DNA of 39,457 bases, taken from contig JAYTXG010000121.1 of NCBI GenBank assembly GCA_043743375.1, positions 1 to 39,457 on the forward strand, given 5' to 3'. Below, piece after piece: positions 7,962 through 16,931 of this stretch (positions are counted from its first letter, which is position 1; each line of letters begins with the position of its first letter). A program made the translations under genes and the position numbers. The notes below the pieces were generated by a model. That model did no database searches. It was given only the letters and a program-made list of their open reading frames with translations, and was not told where the DNA came from. This DNA comes from Sphingobacteriia bacterium. Its GTDB lineage: Bacteria > Bacteroidota > Bacteroidia > Chitinophagales > Chitinophagaceae.

Positions 7962-10739
7962 TTAAAATCCCATTGAGGAAGGGGCGCCATTTTTTTTGAA
8001 ATTCCAAATTAAAGAGAATAAAAAATATCGTTGAATATTTTGACTGGTTGTTTCAGAAATAAAATTACTATTTACATTTCTGCTGATGCCTAAATTTTGA
8101 TTAAAAATGTCATTAACATAAAATTTAGCTTCCCATTGATCATTTTTTGAAATAATTTTTCTTACAGAACTACTCAATATGTATACATCTCTTTGATCTT
8201 TAAAAATGGCAGTTTTTTGATAAATAGTAGCTTCCAAATTAAAATCAATATAAGTTTTAACCTTCTTTAATTTTAATTGCAGATTAGAATAACTATTGTA
8301 AGACCAATATTTAGTAACTATACCTTTGTTAATTGATGATGTGGAATGATTGTAATCTGCATTGAAATTTAACCAAAAGTTGATCATTTTGTCGGACCAA
8401 TAACCACTATTAATACTTAAATTAATAGCTGTATTATCTGTTATGTTTTCTTTATTATTTACTCTATTTACAAATCTATTTTTTCTTGGCCCTGCTCCGA
8501 AATTCACATTTAATGATTTAATTATGTCAAATCCATAGTTAATACTTCCACCAATATTATACACTCCATCTACATTTATCGATTGAGAAACTCTTCTGCC
8601 TAAAGTATCTACAAAACTTGTATTTGAAATAGCATTTACAGTATTTGAATAATTTATATCAAACCACATACTTCTACTTTTTAATACTTTGTAATCAGAA
8701 GCGCGTAAATTAAAACTATTAATAAAAGCTTGTTGTAAGTTTGGATTGCCAACTACTATATTCAAAGGATCTATATTATCTATTATTGGCTGAATTTGTA
8801 GCAGTGTAGGGTTTCTTGTTTTTCCATTATAAGAAAAGTTTATCCTTCTTTGTTGTTTTGGTGTATAGTTAAAAGTTATGGCCGGAATAAAGTTGTTAAA
8901 ACGAATATCTCTATCTGATTTTTTTCTTAAATCGGTTAACCCATAGTTTACAGTTCCAAATCCGCTACCAATCGAAAAGTTGAATTTTTTTACATTGTAC
9001 CTGATGTTTGCACTTGCAGTATGTTCAGTCGTATTAAAAATAAAATGATTGCTTAAACTGTCGTTTAAATTATCATATTTATCAGTTGTATTTTTTGTAT
9101 AGGTATTTCTTTCAGCATCATTTTTATTAATGGCTATTTTATAATTGAATATGGCAAATGTATTTTTCCATATAGGTTCTGTATATGAAATAGTTGAAAT
9201 AAACGTACTACTATTTTGAATGTCTGTTTTTTTCTGGTCAATATTGTCAAGCTTTATGATTGATCCAGCTGTATTAAAGTAAGTGTTCTTAGCTAGTAAA
9301 TAACCAGCTTGATTTCTAACTACAAAATTCAAATCTGTATTAATTGAAATTGTTCTACCTGTTTTTTTGAACCTCTTCTTCCATAGTAAATTATTGTTAA
9401 GCGTATTATTGTCATCAATATTGCTAGTGTTTCTGTCTGTCTCGTTAATTATTTTATTATCCTGACTAATCGATCTTCCTAAGTAAGTTGATCTTGTATT
9501 ACTATTAATTAGTGAACCCCTAACTGTAAGCTTTAATGAACTACTTGAATCAATTTGCCATTCATAAAAACTAGTGATCTTATGCCTTCTTCTACTAGAA
9601 GCTTGATCTTGATCTGTAGTATTTATAAAACTAGTATCTGGTAATATATATTGAGTCTTGCTTTTGGTAATTCCAGTAACATCTAATTGATTAAATTGAT
9701 AAGTATTGTTACTGTTTTGTTTGTCTTTATCCCATTTATTGCTAAAATGGAATCCTCCTGTTGTAGAGTTGGGGAATCCTCTTCCATAACTAAACTCATC
9801 TCCGCTAGAAAACATCATCATTCCACCATCGGAATTTATTTCAGTAGTAATATTGGCATCGCCAGCATAGTTTCTACTTTCATCCCAATTGAGGGACTCG
9901 TATTTGGTATTATCTGTAGTTAAATAAGCCGATATTTTTCTTTTGCCTTTAAATGAGTTACCGAGTAATTTTCCATATCTGTATTGTTGAAATTCGCTGC
10001 CAGCCTCTATTTTGCCAAAATATCCTTTTTTCTTATCTTCCTTTAAAGTGAGGTTCAGGGTTTTAATTTTTTGTCCATCATCAATTCCTGTAAATACAGC
10101 CTGATCGCTTTTCTTATCGAATGCCTGTACTTTTTCAATGGCATCGGCCCTTAAATTTTTTGTAACAACTGCTGGGTCGTCGCTAAAAAATTCTTCTCCA
10201 TCTACCAAAATCTTTTGTACTCTTTCACCTTGTGCAGTTATTTCACCTTTGCTATTTACTTGTATGCCTGGCAGTTTTCGCAATAATTCTTGCACATCTG
10301 CATTAGCACTTACTCTAAAACTATCTGCACGATATTCGGTTGTATCGCCTTTTATCCGAATGGCACTAATGCGTTGCTTTACAATTACTTCTTGCAACAA
10401 TGTAGCTTTTGTAATAACAGGCACTTTTCCTAAATCGATTGTTTTATTTTTATCTAACAACAATACGTCAACATAATCGGCATAATTAGGATAACTAATC
10501 ATTACAATATGCTGGCCTTCTGGTAAGTTTTTCAATTCGAAACTGCCGTCTTTTAAGCTCCGGGTAAATGATACTAGCACAGAATCTTTCTTACGAAGAA
10601 TTGCAATTGTAGCGTTGCTGAGGTTTTGTTTATTTAAAGTATCTATAATTAATCCTTTAATACTGGCTTTATTATCTTGGGCGTATACTATATTTATAAG
10701 TCCTAGTAAAAGGACAAAAAACATTAAAAGTTTTTTCAT
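7962..10739 (-). CDS. Outer-membrane beta-barrel protein (TonB-dependent-receptor-like) with an N-terminal carboxypeptidase-regulatory-like domain
   Basis: Signal peptide ending YAQ, IKGLIID...NATIAI domain, LQEVIVK, plug-like LLRKLPGIQV...ILVDGEEFF, GNPNL and terminal strand RYFLFSLIWNF. Confidence 0.85.
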   Translation of the reverse strand: MKKLLMFFVLLLGLINIVYAQDNKASIKGLIIDTLNKQNLSNATIAILRKKDSVLVSFTRSLKDGSFELKNLPEGQHIVMISYPNYADYVDVLLLDKNKTIDLGKVPVITKATLLQEVIVKQRISAIRIKGDTTEYRADSFRVSANADVQELLRKLPGIQVNSKGEITAQGERVQKILVDGEEFFSDDPAVVTKNLRADAIEKVQAFDKKSDQAVFTGIDDGQKIKTLNLTLKEDKKKGYFGKIEAGSEFQQYRYGKLLGNSFKGKRKISAYLTTDNTKYESLNWDESRNYAGDANITTEINSDGGMMMFSSGDEFSYGRGFPNSTTGGFHFSNKWDKDKQNSNNTYQFNQLDVTGITKSKTQYILPDTSFINTTDQDQASSRRRHKITSFYEWQIDSSSSLKLTVRGSLINSNTRSTYLGRSISQDNKIINETDRNTSNIDDNNTLNNNLLWKKRFKKTGRTISINTDLNFVVRNQAGYLLAKNTYFNTAGSIIKLDNIDQKKTDIQNSSTFISTISYTEPIWKNTFAIFNYKIAINKNDAERNTYTKNTTDKYDNLNDSLSNHFIFNTTEHTASANIRYNVKKFNFSIGSGFGTVNYGLTDLRKKSDRDIRFNNFIPAITFNYTPKQQRRINFSYNGKTRNPTLLQIQPIIDNIDPLNIVVGNPNLQQAFINSFNLRASDYKVLKSRSMWFDINYSNTVNAISNTSFVDTLGRRVSQSINVDGVYNIGGSINYGFDIIKSLNVNFGAGPRKNRFVNRVNNKENITDNTAINLSINSGYWSDKMINFWLNFNADYNHSTSSINKGIVTKYWSYNSYSNLQLKLKKVKTYIDFNLEATIYQKTAIFKDQRDVYILSSSVRKIISKNDQWEAKFYVNDIFNQNLGISRNVNSNFISETTSQNIQRYFLFSLIWNFKKNGAPSSMGF

Positions 10740-10800
10740 AAAAGCAGTAGTATTAGTTTGGCGCAGAATTATGTTGTAAATTTCATCATATTTATTATTA

Positions 10801-10816
10801 AACTAAATATTTAGTT
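10801..10816. promoter_or_regulatory. Perfect 16-bp palindrome AACTAAATATTTAGTT, candidate operator between divergent genes
   Basis: AACTAAAT|ATTTAGTT read directly, in the 106-bp gap between the beta-barrel gene and glgB. Confidence 0.4.
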
Positions 10817-10845
10817 ATAATGTTTAGTTAAAATATGTTCCTATT

Positions 10846-12873
10846 ATGTTTAAAAGTGTCGAATCAACAGATAAAAAAGATAACCTAACAAAACCAAGAG
10901 CTGTAAACAAGCAAAAGGTTGGAAACATCAGTAAAATTAAATATGAGGATACTTATTTTGTAGATATCGAACAGCCTGTTTGGAACTATTCATTGTTCTC
11001 CGATGCGGATGTAAAAAATTTTCAGCAAGGAACACATTATAGCTTATACAATTATTTTGGCAACAAGCAAATAATGGTACTAGAAACACTAGGAACTTAT
11101 TTTGCTGTTTGGGCACCAAATGCAACATTTATAGCTGTTACAGGATATTTTAATGAATGGGATAAAACAACTCATCCTTTAAAAGTGAGAAAAGATAGTT
11201 CTGGTATTTGGGAAGGATTTATTCCCAATTTATTGGGTGGCGAAGCCTATAAATACCATATTCATGGATTTAATGGAATAAAATTAGATAAAGGCGATCC
11301 CTTTGCACATTATTGGGAGAAGCGTCCATTTACTGCTTCTATTACATGGCAAACCAATTATGAATGGAAGGACGACAATTGGATGAAGAATAGAAAAAAG
11401 CACAATTCGTTAAAATCACCTTACTCCGTTTACGAAGTGCATTTAGCTAGTTGGATGCGTCCGAATAAAAATGATGAAGAAACCTATAATACGTATCAGC
11501 AAATAGCTGAACGAATGGTTCCTTATGTTAAAGAAATGGGTTTTACTCATGTTGAGTTTATGCCTGTAATGGAACATCCTTTTGATGGGAGTTGGGGTTA
11601 TCAGGGTACTGGCTATTTTGCTCCAACATCTCGTTTTGGAACACCACAAGATTATGCTGGTTTAGTAGATGCTTTTCATCAGGCAGGGATTGGTGTAATT
11701 CTAGATTGGGTGCCTTCACATTTTCCGTATGATGCACATGGTTTGTTTATGTTTGATGGGACCCACACTTACGAATATGCAGATATGCGAAAAGGATATC
11801 ATCCAGATTGGAACTCATATATTTTTAATTATAAAAGAGGGGAAGTAAAATCTTTTTTAATTAGCAGTGCACGTTTTTGGTGCGATCAATTTCATACAGA
11901 TGGCATTAGAGTTGATGCCGTAAGTTCTATGCTCAGCCTCGATTATAGCAGAAATGCTGGACAATGGGAACCCAATGAATATGGTGGTAATGGAAATATT
12001 GAAGCCATTGCTTTTATCAAAGATTTGAATGAAACTTTGTACCGCGATTTTCCAGATATTCAAACTATTGCTGAAGAAGCAACCGATTGGCCAAAAATTA
12101 GCAAACCTACTTTTGAAGATGGATTAGGATTTGGTATGAAATGGATGATGGGATGGATGCATGATACCCTCGATTATTTTAAATTAGATCCGATTTTCAG
12201 GCAATTTCATCAGGATAAGTTTTCTTTTAGTATGATGTATTTCTATGATGAAAATTTTATGTTGCCGCTTAGTCACGATGAAGTGGTACATGGTAAAAGC
12301 CCTATGTTGTACAAAATGCCAGGAGATGAATGGCAGAAGTTTGCGAATCTAAGAATATTGTATACCTATATGTTTACTCACCCCGGAGCAAAATTATTAT
12401 TTATGGGAGATGAGTTTGGGGCAACTAACGAATGGAATTATAAAAGCGAATTACAGTGGGAGTTGTTAAACTTTGCTAGTCATAGTGGAATGAAAAATTG
12501 TGTTCAAAAACTAAATGAATTATATAAAACTGAACCTGCCTTATATGAAAACCAATTTGAGCCAGGTGGATTTGAGTGGGTAGATTTAAATCATCGGTCC
12601 GACTCGGTATTGGTATATAAACGAAAAGGCAAGAAAGAAAAAGATGACATTTTGGTTATTTTAAATGTTACTTCAATGGTAAGAAATGATTGGGAAATTT
12701 ATGTTCATGGGAAAGGTAAGTGGACAGAAATTTTCAACTCCGATGCAAAGGAGTTTTGGGGAACAGGAGATGTTTATAACCCAGCCATACTCAGCCAATT
12801 AGTAGATAAAGATTCTAAATGCTATAAAATAAACGTGCATTTACCTGCACTCGGAGCAATTGTACTCCGTTAG
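10846..12873 (+). CDS. glgB: 1,4-alpha-glucan branching enzyme (GH13)
   Basis: FAVWAPNA, YEVHLASW, SWGYQ, DWVPSHF, catalytic RVDAV, IAEE and LSHDEVVHGK. Confidence 0.97.
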   Translation: MFKSVESTDKKDNLTKPRAVNKQKVGNISKIKYEDTYFVDIEQPVWNYSLFSDADVKNFQQGTHYSLYNYFGNKQIMVLETLGTYFAVWAPNATFIAVTGYFNEWDKTTHPLKVRKDSSGIWEGFIPNLLGGEAYKYHIHGFNGIKLDKGDPFAHYWEKRPFTASITWQTNYEWKDDNWMKNRKKHNSLKSPYSVYEVHLASWMRPNKNDEETYNTYQQIAERMVPYVKEMGFTHVEFMPVMEHPFDGSWGYQGTGYFAPTSRFGTPQDYAGLVDAFHQAGIGVILDWVPSHFPYDAHGLFMFDGTHTYEYADMRKGYHPDWNSYIFNYKRGEVKSFLISSARFWCDQFHTDGIRVDAVSSMLSLDYSRNAGQWEPNEYGGNGNIEAIAFIKDLNETLYRDFPDIQTIAEEATDWPKISKPTFEDGLGFGMKWMMGWMHDTLDYFKLDPIFRQFHQDKFSFSMMYFYDENFMLPLSHDEVVHGKSPMLYKMPGDEWQKFANLRILYTYMFTHPGAKLLFMGDEFGATNEWNYKSELQWELLNFASHSGMKNCVQKLNELYKTEPALYENQFEPGGFEWVDLNHRSDSVLVYKRKGKKEKDDILVILNVTSMVRNDWEIYVHGKGKWTEIFNSDAKEFWGTGDVYNPAILSQLVDKDSKCYKINVHLPALGAIVLR

Positions 12874-12927
12874 TTTATTTTAATTGTAACATTTTATTTG
12901 GTGTTCCGTTTCATTATAAAACACCAA

Positions 12928-13575
12928 ATGAAAAAAATACTATTGTTCTGTGTAAGTTTTTTTACACTTGCCACCATTTTAGCTCAAAATGAAATTAATG
13001 AACCAAATATTCAAAAGAGAACAATTAGTTCTTTTCATGCTATTGATGCTTCTGCAGGAGTTGAAGTAATTATTACCAAAGGCGATAAAGAAGAGTTAGC
13101 TGTTTCGGTTGGAGATTTAAATTATCTAGACCAAGTGAAAACAACAGTTAGTAATGGGGTGTTAAAAATTACCAGAGAAACTGATTGGAAGATGTGGAGT
13201 AATAATTCTATAAGGGTATATGTATCATATGTAACCCTCGATAAAATATATGTTTCTAGTGGAAGCAATTTAAAAGGAACTAGTATTCAATTAAGTACAT
13301 TGACTGTTAAATTAAATAGTGGCGGAATGGTTAAACTTAGTGGAAATGTAGGTTCCTTAGATGTTTCTGTTAACAGTGGTGCTAATTTTAGGGGTAATGA
13401 TTTCATTGCTACAAAATGTACCGCTGATGTAAATAGTGGAGGTGAAATAAACATTACAGTAAATAAAGAATTATCAGCAAATGCAAGTAGTGGAGGATCT
13501 ATAAAATATAAAGGAGATGCATCAATAAGAAATATTCATACAAGCAGCGGAGGTTCAGTAAGAAGGCAATCATAA
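12928..13575 (+). CDS. DUF2807 (head GIN / auto-transporter adhesin-like) exported protein
   Basis: Signal peptide MKKILLF...LAQ, VSNGVLKI and repeated (S/N)SG(G/S/A) beta-helix units. Confidence 0.82.
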   Translation: MKKILLFCVSFFTLATILAQNEINEPNIQKRTISSFHAIDASAGVEVIITKGDKEELAVSVGDLNYLDQVKTTVSNGVLKITRETDWKMWSNNSIRVYVSYVTLDKIYVSSGSNLKGTSIQLSTLTVKLNSGGMVKLSGNVGSLDVSVNSGANFRGNDFIATKCTADVNSGGEINITVNKELSANASSGGSIKYKGDASIRNIHTSSGGSVRRQS

Positions 13576-13585
13576 CTGAGTATGA

Positions 13586-14764
13586 CTATGCTGTATGCAA
13601 GTTTGGAGGAATTGGAAGTAAAATACAAAATGTAGTTCCTTTTCCTTGACTGCTCCATTTAACAAACAATTTTCCGTTGTGGTATTGTTCTATTATTCTT
13701 TTACTCAAGGAGAGGCCGATGCCCCAACCCCTTTTCTTGGTTGTAAAACCTGCTTTAAAAATATTGGTCAACATGTTTTTAGGAATACCTTTTCCTGAAT
13801 CAGTAACATTAATAATCAGTTCTTTTTCATTTTGCTGAAAAAGAATATCTATTACTCCTTTTCCTTCCATTGCATCCAATGCATTTTTCAATAAATTTTC
13901 GAAAACCCAATCAAATAGGGTAGGCGTTAAATTAATTTGAAGAGATTCGAGATGGTTGGTATTAACTGTAAATATGATTTGATCATTGCTCCTTTTTTTC
14001 ATGTATTCTACCACCAATAAAACAAGTGCAATAGGATAATTTAATTCTAGTTTAGGATTACTTCCAATTTTGCTAAAACGATCTGTAATTAATAATAATC
14101 GGTTAATGTCTTTGGCTATTTCAGGAACAATAGTTTCATTCTCCTTTTTTTCTTTTAGTATTTCTAACCAACCTTCTAAGCTAGAAACTGGTGTGCCTAA
14201 TTGATGTGCAGTTTCTTTTGCCATTGAAGCCCATAGTTGATTCTGAGAGCTTTTATATTCTGTTTGTAATGATATAAAAGCTATCAATACAAACAATGCA
14301 ACTATAACTAATTGCACAACCGGATACCATTTTACTTGCTTCAATAATTTACTTTCTCCATAATAATATTTGTTAGTAGTATATGGATTTTCCTTCATTA
14401 CTAAAATAATAGGATCATTATTATATGCCCTAAATGCTTTTAATTGTTCGGATAAATAATTACTATTCTTTTGATAGTTTATAGCATCGAGATTAATAAA
14501 ATTTCCTGTAGGAATATCTTTTTCGTTGGTTTCTATTATGGGTATTTCTTTATTTTCAGAAGAAATTTTTGAAGCAAGATTAATATTTGTTGTATCCGAT
14601 GAATTAAGGATAGTTCTTTCAGCTTCAACCCAGGCTTCTACATTTTTTCTTTCTTCAATAGCAATTTGTTTGGCAACATATTGCGAATAAATAATTGTGC
14701 CGCTCACAATAATCATTGCAACCAAAAATAATAGTGATTTCCAATTAAGTAAATGTTGAATCAT
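13586..14764 (-). CDS. Membrane sensor histidine kinase (no adjacent response regulator)
   Basis: Two TM helices, H-box ETAHQLGTP, N-box ENLLKNALDA, DSGKG, GFTTK and GWGIGL. Confidence 0.93.
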   Translation of the reverse strand: MIQHLLNWKSLLFLVAMIIVSGTIIYSQYVAKQIAIEERKNVEAWVEAERTILNSSDTTNINLASKISSENKEIPIIETNEKDIPTGNFINLDAINYQKNSNYLSEQLKAFRAYNNDPIILVMKENPYTTNKYYYGESKLLKQVKWYPVVQLVIVALFVLIAFISLQTEYKSSQNQLWASMAKETAHQLGTPVSSLEGWLEILKEKKENETIVPEIAKDINRLLLITDRFSKIGSNPKLELNYPIALVLLVVEYMKKRSNDQIIFTVNTNHLESLQINLTPTLFDWVFENLLKNALDAMEGKGVIDILFQQNEKELIINVTDSGKGIPKNMLTNIFKAGFTTKKRGWGIGLSLSKRIIEQYHNGKLFVKWSSQGKGTTFCILLPIPPNLHTA

Positions 14765-14791
14765 TGCTCTAAAATAAGCTTAATGTACTTT

Positions 14792-14821
14792 AAAAAAAAA
14801 ACAGCCCCCAGAGGAGCTGTT
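14792..14821 (-). terminator. Intrinsic terminator of the coiled-coil gene
   Basis: Minus strand reads AACAGCTCC-TCTG-GGGGCTGTT followed by a T run. Confidence 0.85.
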
Positions 14822-14845
14822 CAGTATCTAGTTTTTCATGAAGGA

Positions 14846-15838
14846 TTAATTAAATAAACCACCTTTTTTTAATGTCTTAACACCTTGACCAATTTTAAAC
14901 CCATTATTATAAATCTCTATTTTGTAGTCACCTTCCTTATAGCGATCGGTTTGTTTCCAATCGAAGCTTACAGGAATAATTTTATTTTGCTCATAATTAA
15001 CGGAAACCTTGCTAGTATATGCTTTTGAACCTTCATCTCTCGTGTTAAAACTAGCTCCTTCAGTTACTATTTTATTGTCGGATCCGGTAACTACTACATA
15101 TATATCCTTAGTTCCTGATGGTGTTACCCTATTTTCATCTATATTAAATGAAATACGTATTAGGTCCGCTTTTTTTGCAGTGTTTGTTTCAGTTTCTTTA
15201 CCTGAATTTTTTAAACGGATCGCAGTAATTCCAATGTTGGAAGCATGCAAAGTAGAAGCTATATCTACTTTATCTTCTAATTGTTTCTTTTCTACTTTTG
15301 TGGAGGTTAGATTTTGCTCTAAGCCCTGCTTCTCTGTGGATAATTGTGTTTTGTCTGTATTCAATTGCTCATTAGCGGTCGTTAATTGAGTATTTTCACC
15401 TTTTAATTTCTCTATTTCTGCAAATAGTCCATCAATTTTGCCATTCAGTTCACCAATTTTTTGTTTGGCATCTGATAACTCAGCAACAGTTGCATTTTTT
15501 TTCTTTAAAATACCACCTATATCTTTTTTTAATTGTTGTATGGCTACATTTTTTTCTGCTAAATCGCCCTGTAATTGAACACTTTGGTTGGTTAATGAGT
15601 CAGCCTTAGCTGAAACGCTCGTAAACTCTTGTTGCAACAGAGTTCTAGCACTATCTACATTACTAATTTTTGTTTCAAGCATCATTACCTTTTCGCTGGC
15701 CTTGCTTTTATCATAAAAAATATATCCCCAAGTAACTAATAATGCGGCAATTAAAATTCCATATATCAGCTTCCTATTGTCTTTTGGCTGATTAAAGTTT
15801 GGTTGCGTTTCCCCAAATTGGGTAGTTTGATTTGTCAT
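14846..15838 (-). CDS. Hypothetical single-pass membrane protein with a long coiled coil and a beta-rich C-terminal domain
   Basis: TM LIYGILIAALLVTWGYIFY, then a long heptad-pattern region, then a beta-rich tail (YKEGDYKIEIY). Has its own terminator. Confidence 0.85.
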   Translation of the reverse strand: MTNQTTQFGETQPNFNQPKDNRKLIYGILIAALLVTWGYIFYDKSKASEKVMMLETKISNVDSARTLLQQEFTSVSAKADSLTNQSVQLQGDLAEKNVAIQQLKKDIGGILKKKNATVAELSDAKQKIGELNGKIDGLFAEIEKLKGENTQLTTANEQLNTDKTQLSTEKQGLEQNLTSTKVEKKQLEDKVDIASTLHASNIGITAIRLKNSGKETETNTAKKADLIRISFNIDENRVTPSGTKDIYVVVTGSDNKIVTEGASFNTRDEGSKAYTSKVSVNYEQNKIIPVSFDWKQTDRYKEGDYKIEIYNNGFKIGQGVKTLKKGGLFN

Positions 15839-15928
15839 AAATTCAATTTTTAAAAATCATTTAAATATACTTCTACCTGATATTTACTAAAACCATGCCA
15901 AAACCAAAAATTGAACCATATTTGTAAA

Positions 15929-16930
15929 ATGGCTGTTGAAAAAATACTCGACAATTGGAAAAAAGGGATTTTCAAGCCTGTATATTGGCTAGAGGGTGAA
16001 GAATCTTATTTTATTGATTCACTAATGAATTATGCGGAGAAAAACATCTTATCGGAATCAGAAGCTGCTTTTAATTTGAGTGTTTTTTATGGAAAAGACG
16101 CAGATTGGGCAGCAGTAATAAATGCATGCAGAAGATATCCCATGTTTGCCGAAAGGCAAGTTGTGTTGCTAAAAGAAGCACAGCAAATGCGGGATATTGA
16201 AAAACTCGAAGGGTATGTAGAAAACCCTCTTTCATCAACCGTTTTTGTGGTTAGTCACAAAGAAAAAAAAGTAGACGGTAGGGGCAGATTGGCTAAAGCA
16301 TTAAAGAAGTCAACTGCTGAAGTATTTACCACTAAAAAATTATACGAAAATCAATTGCCAGAATGGGCTAATTCAATAATCATCAGTCGCGGATTAAGCA
16401 TTAATACCAAAGCATTGCATATATTAATAGATCATGTTGGAAATGATTTAAGTAGAATTGAAAATGAAATTGAAAAACTTACTTTGAATCTTGGCACTAA
16501 AAAAACTATATCTGAAGATGATATTGAAAAATATATCGGTGTAAGTAAAGAGTTTAATGTGTTTGAATTGCAAGCGGCAATTGCACAAAAAGACTTAGCA
16601 AAATGTATTCGAATTATTCAATACTTCGAATCAAATCCAAAAGCTGGTCCAATACAAATGATTTTACCATCTGTATATAATTTTTTTAGTAAACTATATA
16701 TTTTAAAAGGAACCCCAGGAGTAAATGATCAATCAGCAGCTGCAGTATTAGGTGTTAGTCCATTTTTTGTAAAAGACTATTTATCAGCTTCCCGAAAATA
16801 CGATCATGCAGGAGTAGAAAAAGTATTATTATTATTGCACCAATATAACTTAAGAAGTATTGGGGTGCATGATGGTGGAACTTCTGATTCGGGGTTACTA
16901 AAGGAGATGGTAGTAAAAATAATGAATTAG
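15929..16930 (+). CDS. holA: DNA polymerase III delta subunit
   Basis: PVYWLEGEESYFID, CRRYPMFAERQVV, ENEIEKL and FNVFEL. ATG 15929 preferred over the TTG at 15911. Confidence 0.93.
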   Translation: MAVEKILDNWKKGIFKPVYWLEGEESYFIDSLMNYAEKNILSESEAAFNLSVFYGKDADWAAVINACRRYPMFAERQVVLLKEAQQMRDIEKLEGYVENPLSSTVFVVSHKEKKVDGRGRLAKALKKSTAEVFTTKKLYENQLPEWANSIIISRGLSINTKALHILIDHVGNDLSRIENEIEKLTLNLGTKKTISEDDIEKYIGVSKEFNVFELQAAIAQKDLAKCIRIIQYFESNPKAGPIQMILPSVYNFFSKLYILKGTPGVNDQSAAAVLGVSPFFVKDYLSASRKYDHAGVEKVLLLLHQYNLRSIGVHDGGTSDSGLLKEMVVKIMN

Positions 16931-16931
16931 A

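Noticed and set aside
13240-13572. Repeated (S/N)SGG units in DUF2807
   Set aside because: These are the expected beta-helix repeats of the family.
15009-15389. 126-aa antisense ORF and the other short alternative-frame ORFs (e.g. 10138-10476, 22349-22654, 26285-26641, 30151-30462, 32095-32427, 32393-32710)
   Set aside because: They lie largely or wholly within well-supported genes and have no recognisable motifs, so they are shadow ORFs.
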